Of a stretch of 64,000 bases of DNA, positions 1 to 11,400 are shown in pieces. Within the stretch, counting starts at the first letter, position 1, and every line of letters begins with the position of its first letter. Below the pieces are notes generated by a model. It was not told the origin of the DNA. It searched no databases and saw nothing but the letters and a program-made list of their open reading frames with translations. Source of the DNA: Amoebophrya sp. A120 (lineage: Eukaryota; Protista; Dinoflagellata). Location of the stretch: positions 4,133,556 to 4,197,555 of the forward strand of contig CAJINV010000005.1 in NCBI GenBank assembly GCA_905178155.1. The letters are read 5' to 3'. A program made the position numbers and the translations under genes.

Positions 1-1598
1 CGGATGCGTCAGAGCAAACGGTTCTTTCCCAACTGAAGAGAGCGCGCAGCGTTTCGCTCCACTTTCGCTTTTGTCCCTCGTCTGCTGACGAGGCATCCAG
101 GAGATCGTCAGCCATCATCAGTTCCGCGCATTTGAAAATGGTAGCGACCAGTTCTGTTTCCCCGAGGGCGCAGGCGTGGATGAGCGGAGTGGTGCCCTTT
201 TTGTTCGCCAGATTCAGCAGCTCCTCCTCGCGGATCTTCCTGCGCAAAACTACATTGTCGAGAAACAAGTCTTGCAATATTTTTCGGCTCCCGTTCCTAA
301 TCGCGTACAGCAAAACGGAATCTCCGTCACCCTCGTCAAGAAGGGAAGCTTCCTTCCCTAGGTTGAGCTGCAATGAAAGGTCCAACTGCGCCGCCAGGTC
401 TGGCGACTTGCATATTCGGTCGTAAAATATATCGTTACGGTATCAAAATGAAAAACCGCCCCACCTCCACAGGTGATAGATAAAATAAGTATGTGCGCTG
501 CGATTGCGAAGTAATTCTGATAACGCCGCAAAAAAAAAGTGGCCCCCTGTACATTGATGCAGCCTTCTTACCGTCAACTTTTCGCGATGGAACCTTTCTA
601 TCTGACGCACCAAATGCTGAGCAAAAGTTGTCTTTTCCTCTTGCGCTAGGCACCCAGAAGTGCCAGAGCGGCCTTTCCAAAAAAAAGTCCGTCCCACATG
701 ACATTGACAAAGAGATGGCCCCGCGCCCGCCCTGCAAATGCAATAGAAAAAAATACAACGAAAAATCTCGTCAATGATGATCGTTCGTCTACTAAACCGG
801 GGAGTTGTACTTATCTAAACGTCCACATAACAAGGTGGTCGTCCATTTTCAGCGAAGAACATTCCACCTGCGTGGAGGTGGGGCCGCACTGTTGGCGTTT
901 GATATGCCTCCGTGCACCGCAACCATCAGCGGAGATTCGCCGCGAAGCGTCGCCAAGTTCAGGTCGAGCAACATTGGCGGACTATTCTCCACGCTCCGCG
1001 TTTCATCGTCGTGAGACGACGCGGTCGTGAAACAGAAGGCTTCAGCGATTTTCACCTGCCTGAAGAACTCGTCGAGAATCTCTTTTGACGCGTTTTGATT
1101 GGCTAAAATGTGCAATGCGCCCTGCCCCATTTCGTTTTGCGCGTTCAGCACGGTTTTCAGCACGGCCGTACAACCAGAAGACCTTATTTCGCCAGCGCGG
1201 TCTTCTTCATCCTTCGCTTTCTCGAGAATCTTACCGAGCAGCAGTTCAAACACCGCCTTGCAATGCGCCACCGCTGCACTAGGCTCGTCGCACGACTGCT
1301 GACACAGCATGAGCAAGGCACTGTCGCCCCATCCATCCTTCAGGCCCAAGTCGATTTTTGGCGCGCTGGCGAGTTTTGAAACCACTTCTACGGGTAGCTG
1401 TCGCTTGATGGCGTAGTGGAGCGCAGTTTGCCGTCCCGGCCCCGCAGCGTTTACGCCCCCGATGGCTACCAAGGCGTCAGCGGCTTGGAGGAATAGCGAC
1501 GCGTCCTCAGACGTCTCGGCGTCGGAAAAGACTTTCAATTGCTCCAGCTCCGCAGAGGCAATACTCCACTTGCCCTTTTTGTCCTCGAAATCCACCAT
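1..1598 (-). CDS. Ankyrin-repeat protein (3' end runs off the window; intron 436-904)
   Basis: Repeated ankyrin motifs GRQTALHYAIK, GDSALLMLC, GQGALHILAN, GESPLMVAVHGG in ORF 849-1598, continuing after the intron with GDSVLLYAIRNG and GTTPLIHACALG at 1-435. Confidence 0.85.
441..904. mobile_element. TIR introner in the ankyrin gene
   Basis: TATC..GATA termini; subterminal inverted repeat CCCCACCTCCAC..GTGGAGGTGGGG. The TSD has decayed, but removing the element plus 5 nt gives in-frame HGG|NDIFYDRICK. Confidence 0.75.
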
Positions 1599-2825
1599 AT
1601 TTCTTCACTCCAACAGGTAGACCTACGCCGAATCTTGCACTTGGATATGAATGTTGAGAAAAAGAATGAAAAGTCTGTCACTAAAACTAATGCTAGAAAT
1701 TATAGGGGGAGCAAAACAACAATTATTTCTCGTGGGGAAAATTCTGCATGTGCATGATGGATTGGCCTGGAGCTAGGTACGTAGAGATGCATGGACTAAA
1801 TTGGAACCAATGCCCAAGCTCGAGCCAATTATCCAAACCAGGTTTGTATTTTTCATTTTTATGTTGCACATCTTTCGCTTTGCATTGTGTGTATCTGTAT
1901 TTCTTGACGCGGAGAACCATACAAAGGCAGAAGCCATGGGGATCCTGTTTCGCACCAATTGAACCGGAGACCAGACCTGTTTATTTTTTGCTTCTACCAT
2001 CATGATTCATCTTCGGGGACGAATAGCGAAGAAACTGGGACACCTCAGTCAGCTGATACTGACACTAGAAATTTCAATGACCAGCTGCACGACTTTATCA
2101 GATTTTTATCCGCTGATGTCGTTGTAGTAAGTACCTAGCTGTATCTATAGGGGACAGAAAAATAACCAGCCGACAACCAGGAGAACACAACAATGGCGGT
2201 TTCGATCCTCTGGCCGCGGCGCAACAAGTGTCTTCGTGCCCACGACGAGTGCGCCACGAACATCTTCACAAATTGAACAATGACACACAGAAATCCGTTC
2301 CGCGCCGACCGCAAGTTTGTTTATTGTTTGCAGCCTGACATGATACAGGTCGGCATGCATAAAAGTCAGACGAAACCACCACCAATAAAGGTACAATGAA
2401 TTGCTGCAGCATCGATGAAGTACATTTCAAATTTAAGGTACATTCAGAAGATGATTCGCATCCTACAAAAAAAAAATTACCCGATCTGGTTCAAAACTAC
2501 GGAAGACAATGCCGCCGAGTCCCAAACGTTGTAAGCGAGCGTCATTGGGACACAACGCTTACTGTTTCAATCGATTTGAGTGTTATTTTTTGTACTTTTG
2601 ATTTTCAAAAAATGCAAGAAAGGATAACATGAACAAGTACAATTACTTTGTTTTCCAACATGCGTATGATTTTCATTTTACACTATATAATATACCACCA
2701 CATTTCTTCCAACGCTTCGTGGTGGTAATGAAACAAAGATTTATTTTCAATATAGAACACGAGCGCGTGATGGCTCAGCGGGAGGTTTTGTACATTACAC
2801 GTTCTTCCCCCACTGGATACTTATT

Positions 2826-4698
2826 TCACCAAGGCACACCCGCGAACTTTGCTAGAAGCAGAGCCATGGCACCGTAAGAAAAGAAGCTGAGATGGACGGG
2901 GTGCACGTACTTGAGGACGTATCGCCACTCGTTTTTCTTCGCCGTTTTCTGCAAGTTTTCGTAGTCCACACTTTTGACGAACTCGTGCACATGCAACGCG
3001 TTGCGCATCCGATAGTCGAAGGCACCGATTACGCCGCCCGCGAAAAACCAATGCCACGCGGAATGCCGCTGATGGAGTTGCTGGAACGGACATTGCAACG
3101 CAAAAAACAAGTAGACGCGTCCAAACGCCAGTGGAATGGGCCACGGTCTATGGCCGACGATCGGGACAGTGCGGTCAATCAGGATCTGGGCGCTGCCACC
3201 GATAAGAGAAGGAATTATCGGCCACGTGAGACACTTCGTGTAGAATTGTACTGTGTCACTGAACAACTCCCTCCGATAAAGCGTGCGACGTGTCAGAAAC
3301 TCTTGCTTCTCATCTTCCAACACCTGATGCTGGTCCCCCGTTGACGTCGTCGCAGTAGTACCTCGGTCAATCGACGGCGCGGGTACTAAAGCTGCAGCTG
3401 CGTCTTTGGCTGGCGATGGCGTGTCCGTGTTCTGTCCTGCCGTGCGCTGCGTGTGGTCTCCTTTTATCGCCTTCTCGTGAAGTGCAGTACTCAGAAGCTC
3501 TTCCGGCTCGTCGGCGTACGGTCTTCTTGTACTTGTACCACGACTCCATTGATTTATTTCATCGTCAGAACCGCGACCGCTCGTGTCTTGATTCTCGTCA
3601 AGTGGTCGTCCGCGGAGTGTGCTGTGGTCGATATTATGGATCAACCCCCGCCACCCTAGAAGTCCGAGATTGCCATCGGGAGCGGTCTGCAGCTGGTCTG
3701 ACGTGCGACCACTGATGTCTTGCGCGGGCGCAAAACTTTCCCCGAAAATGAAGCCGCGACTGCTTTCAGAGTTGTGCCTGTTGCGCCGCAAAAAACTATC
3801 ACACAGAAAAATATACATATACTAATGCCAAAACGAAAATTAACAACGTATATCGATAACATTTACATTAAAGAAAAAGAGTATGTGTCGTACACCTGAA
3901 ACAGCAATCAATGCGCACCCGCACACACCACGACAGATTTTCATAGGTTTTTGGATATCCCTGTATAGTCTTTTTTACTACATGACATGCTAGATTTTTT
4001 CTGCACGATATAGAGAAAAGTCTTCCGGGGCTTGCGGCCGCTCGTGCTATGACAGTGTCAGGATCGAAATCGACAGTGTTGAAAGAATTTGCGATGCATA
4101 AATAAAATGGACACCAGCTGGAACCCAGTTTCTGAGTGGCGCACGGAAAATTTTTGCAGCATCGCAATCCAGTTTGAAATGCTGTTCGGGGAAAGAAGGC
4201 ATCTTTTACGCATACTAATTTTGCAGCTCTGTCTCCGGCCCTACATACGCTTACAATCGGCCCTATGTGCCATCTCGGCAAAGCACAGTGTATCTCATGC
4301 GTTGCATTTTACAAATATATGGATGGCGAATGTTAATTTCAGCTGTGTCGATTTCGATCCTGACGCTTCCTTACGTGCGTCTCCGGGTGTAACACCTCGC
4401 GATGTCGCTTTTATGCACTGCAAACATGTTCTTGGTCCGCGAGGCATACCACAAAATGATCTGCAATTCGCTTCAAAAAGGTGAAGTCATGCCTTCACGC
4501 CTCACAAGAGACGACCCGCCGTTTCATTGTCATGCGACCCTCAGTAACAGAAATCAGGTGCGCCTTTGTTCCATACCCAGACATATTTGCTGCAGTTGAT
4601 AGGTGTAGATGTAGCCCCATAGATGAAGTTCCTGGCAGCACTCGTCTTCTCGCTACCCTACGTACGAAGATCCTGAAATTATTCTGTCTTGCTGCCAC
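2826..4698 (-). CDS. Hypothetical protein with a hydrophobic C-terminus (putative membrane protein); start uncertain
   Basis: Exons 4602-4698, 4374-4385, 4011-4042 and 2826-3791 join in one frame (GLHLH|PETH|ERPQAPEDFSL|LRRNRH). The C-terminus has hydrophobic segments such as HSAWHWFFAGGVIGAF and YGAMALLLAKF. Confidence 0.6.
3797..4010. mobile_element. TIR introner
   Basis: TATCACACAGAAAAA..TTTTTTCTGCACGATA; TSD decayed; removing the element plus 5 nt restores the frame. Confidence 0.65.
4048..4373. mobile_element. TIR introner, family C
   Basis: TIR GTCAGGATCGAAATCGACA..TGTCGATTTCGATCCTGAC; perfect TSD CGTGC (4043-47 and 4374-78); paralogue at 21892-22205. Confidence 0.9.
4391..4601. mobile_element. 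TIR introner, family A (left TIR decayed)
   Basis: Right TIR TTCCATACCCAGACATATTTGC..GATA; TSD GGTGT (4386-90 and 4602-06). Confidence 0.7.
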
Positions 4699-5481
4699 TG
4701 GTTTCGAACGGAAACTCCGTTACGGAACAAAGACGCTCGAGGATATTGGTTCTGGGAGACACAAAAGGTCTGCTTCAAGAGCAGTGCGCATGCAGCAGCG
4801 TGCCGGCCCTTATATATTCTTCACGAGCGACCCTGTCTCGCAATGATAAATATCATATCTTTCTGGTGCAGTCACGTACAGTGTGCTCATTTGAAGTATG
4901 TCCTGTGCAACAAAAAACCTCACTAACGGATGTAAAAAGTAGATTATTATGCTCGACACTACCCCCACCAAGCGCGGCCTACACTAGTGGAAGTACCGCA
5001 TGTAGACCCCGTACTGCCAATCTCACGATTCCGAATAGAAGTATTGCAGCCGATGTGACGGATAAACATTCTACGAATCAATGAAAAAGGACAACACATC
5101 CAGGTCTATCATCCAAGATTGCAAAATGCATTCCGACAATTGGAACCGTCTCCGCCTCAGTTCGCTCTTATCATCAGTATTTACACTTCCGTCTACGTAC
5201 GACAAATCGCTATGGTAGGTACAGCGATGCGACCCACACTCGGTATTGCTGTTGACGAGAACGAAGCTTGCTTCAGCTAGACAAACACAAAGGCCCTGAC
5301 AACGACATGAAATAAAACACCCAAGATTTTTACTGCACAGGAGGGGCTTCTGCAAAGACAGGAACCTACAGTGTTGGGCAAGAGTGCTCGCTACTTCTTT
5401 TTTTCAATTATCTTCTTTTTCTTGTTTTATTTACTTTCGGACGACACAAAAAATACGCGTCTGTAGTGAGCCAACGGTTTC

Positions 5482-8400
5482 TCATTCATTCAACGCTGCT
5501 CCAACAGTGCGAATCTTTCCACCTAGCCAGCTGGCGAATCGATCCGCTCTCTGTCCCAGTTTTTCCCCAACCCTCTTCACATTCTCGTTCTCGGTTATGT
5601 TAGTGATTGTGCCCCCGATAGCACCGATGGTGTTAGAACCCAGATTCTCCACCGCGGTAACAGTATTTTGCGCCACATCCGCCAACGCTGTTCCCGCTGC
5701 GGACAGGAGCAATTTTCCAGCAGCCAGCCCGCGTAACCGAAGCTCGTGTTGGCGCATGAGTTTGACCGCCAATTGGACCGTTTCGACCACGTAAAAAGGT
5801 GGGTAGTTCTGCAGAATCTTCATGTTTTCGATGAAGTCGCCCGCAAGCAGCACCTCCCGAATGCGCATGATCATCGCAACGCAGACGTAGTGCAGAAAAG
5901 GCATCCTACAGAAAAGCGCATCCATAGTACCATTTTGAAGAACAGCAGCGATGCTGTTTTGAGTCGTGTCACAGAAAGGAAGACTCCAAGTCTCTTGCAA
6001 GTTGGTATTCAGTCTGACAAATTTATTTCAGGCCACCTCTAGTTGTACCATCGTCCTGGTCTTCTAGCATATTAACGGAGACTCGTGGTCATTGCCTCAC
6101 TTGCGACTCAACCTGCCATAGCGAAGTTCGTTTCGTTGAAAGGAAACGCAAAGCAACAAGAAGCAGCTGCAGCGAGAGCGACTGCAGTGAAATCATAAAT
6201 CATAAAATCTTTTCTTCTATCTGGCATCTATGGGTGTCGTGCTTTTCTCTACGATAAACGGTTGCTGCTGGACACGAGGCAGCAGATCGTCCACTTTCGG
6301 AAATTCATCACGATGGTGGTCCAACGGAACAAGTGATCTCGTCGTGAGACCGGATGTAGAACTGCTACCGGCAGTAGATGAAGATGAACTACCCGCCAGC
6401 AGCAGCTGCGAATGCGATGCAATCGTCACCGGGTTGCTCCTTTCTGAAGTAGTAGCTGCGCCGGTATTGGCGTCCGGCGCGAACGGGGTGCCGTGGGTCC
6501 CCGGCCGAGGCCGGGTGTCCTCTGGGGCAACGGACGGAAAAAAGGTGGACGGGACGAAGCCGGCCGTTTGCCGCCCGGAAATAGGCTGCACTTGGTCAAG
6601 AACGGTAGACTCAGAAGTACTGGTCGGGCTAGGGCGAATATCGTAATTTTTGGAGTCGAAGAGCTTGAAAGGATCTTCGTCCATGAGCGCCGTGGGATTG
6701 GCAAAGTGGTCCTGATCTTCGTCTTCGTCCTGCTGCGCCAGGTCGAAGTGCTGCACTTTGTTCACAGCGCTGGTAGACGAGGACGTAGAACCGCTTCCAG
6801 ACACTGGTGCTGGCATATCACCAGGTCCTGACTTCTCGGATAACTCATATTTCGTCGCAACAGGAGCTAGAACGCTGCACGTCGTATACTGAGTAAAAAC
6901 TTACCCACACCAGAGTCAGGATGAGGATTTTGCAACACAAGCCTAGGAGTTTTATGAGTCACGCATGACAAGTTGCACTCTGCAGTGTAGTGCAGGTTAG
7001 CAAGTGCAGCCGCGTCACAGATTCATTTGCTCATCCTGTTCACAGCATCACAAATTTCAAAGCACGATTGGGAATGGCTCTCATGGGGATGCGCATTACA
7101 AGTCTTCCTGATCCTGTCTTTGCAAATCTGCATTACAACTCTGGCGTGGGTACGTTTTTACTCAGGATACGTCGTCCCGGGTTCTTTTGCAGCGCTGGGT
7201 GGAGCCTGAAATTCCACCTCCTCATCTGCAGGCGTAGGACTCTATCCAGGAAAAAAAGCGTGTTCTTACAGCCTTCCATGACAGAGACAGCCTGCCATGT
7301 GCAGCTAGTACGCTAATAAAACGCATATCTATGAGAAGAGGACTTCGTTGCGGGCCAGGATGTTGACAAGTTTAACAATAACAGTAACTATGCTGCATGA
7401 TTTTTTACATGACAGACTCTCATTTACACAGTTCTTTTCTTGCATAGACTCGGCGTGTGATGTCCTAGCTGGGTGCCGTTCCTCTTGTTCTTTGGCGTAG
7501 TTGCAAGAATGCCCTCCCGATATATAGTATTTTTTGGAGCTGCACTACTCTCCGGAACTGATACGACTTCGGTAGTCGTCCTGCTGGTGGGCGAAAACCC
7601 TAGCCCGCCAGCGGGCCGTGCCCCTGATGTAGTCCCCCCGTCTGTGGAAGAAGTCATGGGTGCCAATACCCGGACGGCAACTTCAGGACCGGCGAAGATG
7701 CCGGGCACATTGGTAGGTCGCGGGAGCATCGGATTGCTCACCTGCAACACTTCGTGCGGCGGTGTAGTTGTCTTACCGACTACTAGGAGAGATGAAGCCG
7801 CAGTGCTTTGGCCGTTCGTTGCGGACGACGCGTGCTGCGACTGGGAAGTAGATGTGGATGATCCACCATTGAGGCTGGCGTGCAGATCTGTGCGCATGTG
7901 GCTGACCAGCGCATTCGGGCTTGGGTCATGCAAGAGCGAGTCCCACAGCCGGACCGTGTTATCAAATGCAAATATGTCAGTCTGGGTATGGAAAACAAGT
8001 GCAAGAACTGTCGTGCAGGTTCTATATGTTATGGCTCACAACATCTAGTTCTGGAATGCAGGAGGTGGCATGGCAAATTCGTCTCTGAGATCTGGCTCTG
8101 GATCTCTCTCAGCATGCCTATCCTGCCTGATAAACTTCCTCTCAATTTGGTCAAAAGTCGACACATACTTTGGGCAATCATGCAAGACAGATACTTTGCA
8201 TGATCCAAGAAACTTCTTAGCGCGACACGTTGGAACCTTTCCAGACCCAGACATATTTGCGATGGATACGTGTCCGCCAGAGACAGCTCCTGGCTGAGCA
8301 GCAGCATAATCCAGCGCAAAGAATAGAATGTGGGATCCACCGCGTTAGACTCCAACCGTCGCCAAACCTGGTAGTCGAGCGCGCGTATCCAACAGATAAA

Positions 8401-11400
8401 GAACACACGTACTACCGGAGAAAAATGGGTCTGCGGTGCTCCAGTTCTGTCGCTAAAAACTCTGTAAGAACGCAAAGACCGTCCAGTAAGAGACAAGACA
8501 ATATACTGCCGTCAAGAGTGCAGTTTGTGCTGATGTTCGCTAGCAGCTAGCTAGCGACTAGGTCGTGAGAGGCACCAAAGAAGTTTGTCATGCTGAACTT
8601 GGTTGTGACAGTAATAACCGCAACACAAATTTGTCTGCATTCATTCTAACATGGGTGTAGTTTTCTGTTAGATAGCGCGAAGCAACTGGTTCAGAGATGC
8701 GATGCGCCCGTGCATCCCGGACTCGCTGTGGTCGAGGGACTTCAGAAAGCAGTCCCGTTGCTCGCCCATGAGAATCGAAAAGCAGAAGAAAGTGTCTGCC
8801 TCCGCCGCTAGAGCTTGAGTGCCCACATCGCCCATCGTCCTGCGCAAAAACGTCCCCCGCCCACGACCTATTGTTGGATGTAGATTACTTCGATAAGATT
8901 TTCGCGCAAAATAGATGACTTACAGATGAAATCCGTGCGCGGCGGGACTGCTTGCGATACCTGGGACGATTATTCCGTCCAATTTCCCAAGCCATTAGGT
9001 GGAAATGGCATCGCATGCACACACGCGACGCGCACAGACATGGAGAAAAAAGGGGCCGGGCCATCTTTCCTCACCAATTGGGGCAACTCCACAAAGTTCT
9101 CGTGGCGGACCAGAACAGGCGAAGGGACGAAAAAGTGAGCAAAGTCAAACACTTTTGAGCTAAAAGTGTTAGATTTTGGACACTTTTTGGTCTCTGGCCT
9201 GTTTTTTCTGGGTGGGGACCAGACAGGCAGAAGCTAAATACCATAGCAGACACAGAGCCAGAGGCCTGTCCGAAAGAGCGAGGCCCTTCCGGACAGGCAC
9301 GAACAGCGCGCACTTCCGCAAAGAAATGAACCAATGCAAATCCGCATTACAGATTCCATTTCTGCATTGGAAATGGAATCTGTGATGCGGATTTTCCTCA
9401 AGAAGTTCTTGAGGCAAATCCGCATTACAGATTCCATTTCTGCAAGCATTGGAAATGGAATCTGTGATGCGGTGCCCACATCGCCCATCGTCCTGCGCAA
9501 AAACGTCCCGCCCACGACCCTTAAGGGTTGAAAAAATTAAGTTTCACATCAGGGTTTTGGTTCGTGGTTTCATAGATTTCGCAGCCCCCGCCTTTGTCCG
9601 TCTTCGCACCGCCCGGCAGTTGCCCAGGTGGTGCCTTGGTTCGTATTTCGTCTGGCTGGCAAAACCAAAGCCGCCGGGCCTTCAGAGCTGAAGGCCCTTC
9701 TACCTTGATGCCGATCCAGATTTTGTGCGAGGTGTCGCCACAATTCTGACGAGCGCACGCTGGCTGATTTGGGGGTCGGCATTTCCCTGGAGATCTAGGC
9801 TGGCATCTAGGCCAGGCAAGCCCACATCGCACATCGTCCTGCGCAAAAACGTCCCCCCGCCCACGACCTATTTACTTGGGTAAGGCCCGCAGCTTCTGCG
9901 AAACTTTTAATCGCGCAGCACATTCTTTGTTTTAAGCCTTCGAATGCTTAATCTAGGAAATCGCGTTCATAAGGTTTAAGCATTAGAATGCCTAAACTAA
10001 GAAGTCGCAATTTAAGCATATGAATGCTTAAACTCACGGAAGCGCAGATTGCAATTTGCTCTAGCAAATTTCAAATTTGCTCGCACAGCTTCAAAGATAA
10101 CCAGTCAATTAGCGGCCACTCGAATGCTTAAAGTGATTGTTTATTTTCAAGCAGTTAAGCATTCGAATGGCTAAGCTGATTGCTTGTCTGTGCAGCTGCG
10201 TGAGCAAGTTTGAATTTGCCCAGAGCAAATTTCAAATTTGCTCACGCAGATTGCAATCTGCGTTTCCGTAAATTTAAGCACTCGAATGCCTAAACGCTAT
10301 ATCTACCGCGACCGAGCGCGAGCGTTGTTGGTGTTGCTCGAGAGGCAAAGAGCTTTCGCACCATGGGAAACAAAAGCGCCGCCGGTGCAAGAGCACAGAG
10401 CCAAAGCGTCCCGCGGCGCTTTTGTTAAGTGCCCACCCCGCGCAAAACCGCCGTGGGCGTCGTGATCCCTCCAGATCGCGACGCCTGGGGCAATTTGCCC
10501 CATTGGGCCCCCTGCGGGCTTCGGTGCACAAGGTTGCAGCGCGGCGCGGGCGCCTGGCGCGCGAGGGCGAGGAGGCGAATTCAAGAGCAAAGCGTGGCGC
10601 GCACGCTTCTCGCTGGGCCAACTGACGCGCGGGTGGGGTGGAGGGGCGTGGCCGCCGGAGCGGCGCCGCGCGGGCGGCACTTTTATCGGGAGCGACGAAG
10701 CAAAGGGCAACGAGAGCACGAGCCCGGCGTCGCGATCTGCTGAGATCACGACGCTAGCGACAGTTTTGCGCGGAGCTTGCAGGCACTTAACAAAAGCGCC
10801 CCGGAGCGTCTTGGCTCTGTCTGTGCTCTTTCCCTTTGCTTCGTCGCCCCCGGTAAAACATTCGAATGACTCAAAGCAGCTTCACAAAGTTGGCAAATAA
10901 CGGCTCGCAGGGTTAAAATCGCAGAGTGCCCACATCGCACATCGTCCTGCGCAAAAACGTCCCGCCCACGACCTATTGCGCACACTTTCTTTGTTGCAGC
11001 TACAATGTCTTTTGCAGATGCGCGTCCCTAGTGCAAAGGAACAGGAAGTTTGTGTGTGCGTAATTTTCGCACCACACACACTACTTGTCCTGTTGCTCCT
11101 CCTGTTGCTGCTCCATGTACTCTTAGCGTGAAAAACGTTGCTGACCACAGCCTCACGATGCGGCTACTGTCGACTGACTCCACTGCATGCACACGCTTGT
11201 CATACCATAGCCGTAGTCTCTGCGTCTGCAGCAGGGCTTCTTCATACATTCTCATGACAGAACGCATTTTGACAACTGAGATCGCGGCGGCCGTGTTTTG
11301 TCCAGCTGATATCAGCTTGTTCACGAGTCGGGTTAATTCCGTGTAGGGGTGGCTCCACCTTTACCGCATCCATCCTCGCAGAATCTGCTCCGCTTTTCTG

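Noticed and set aside
2826-3250. Tim17/22-family assignment
   Set aside because: Only a vague resemblance (HSAWHWFFAGGVIG); it needs an HMM search.
8817-10978. CRISPR array, or LTRs of small retroelements
   Set aside because: The spacers are 300-1050 bp and unequal. The repeat appears to be host exon-boundary sequence and lacks TG..CA ends, a PBS and a PPT.
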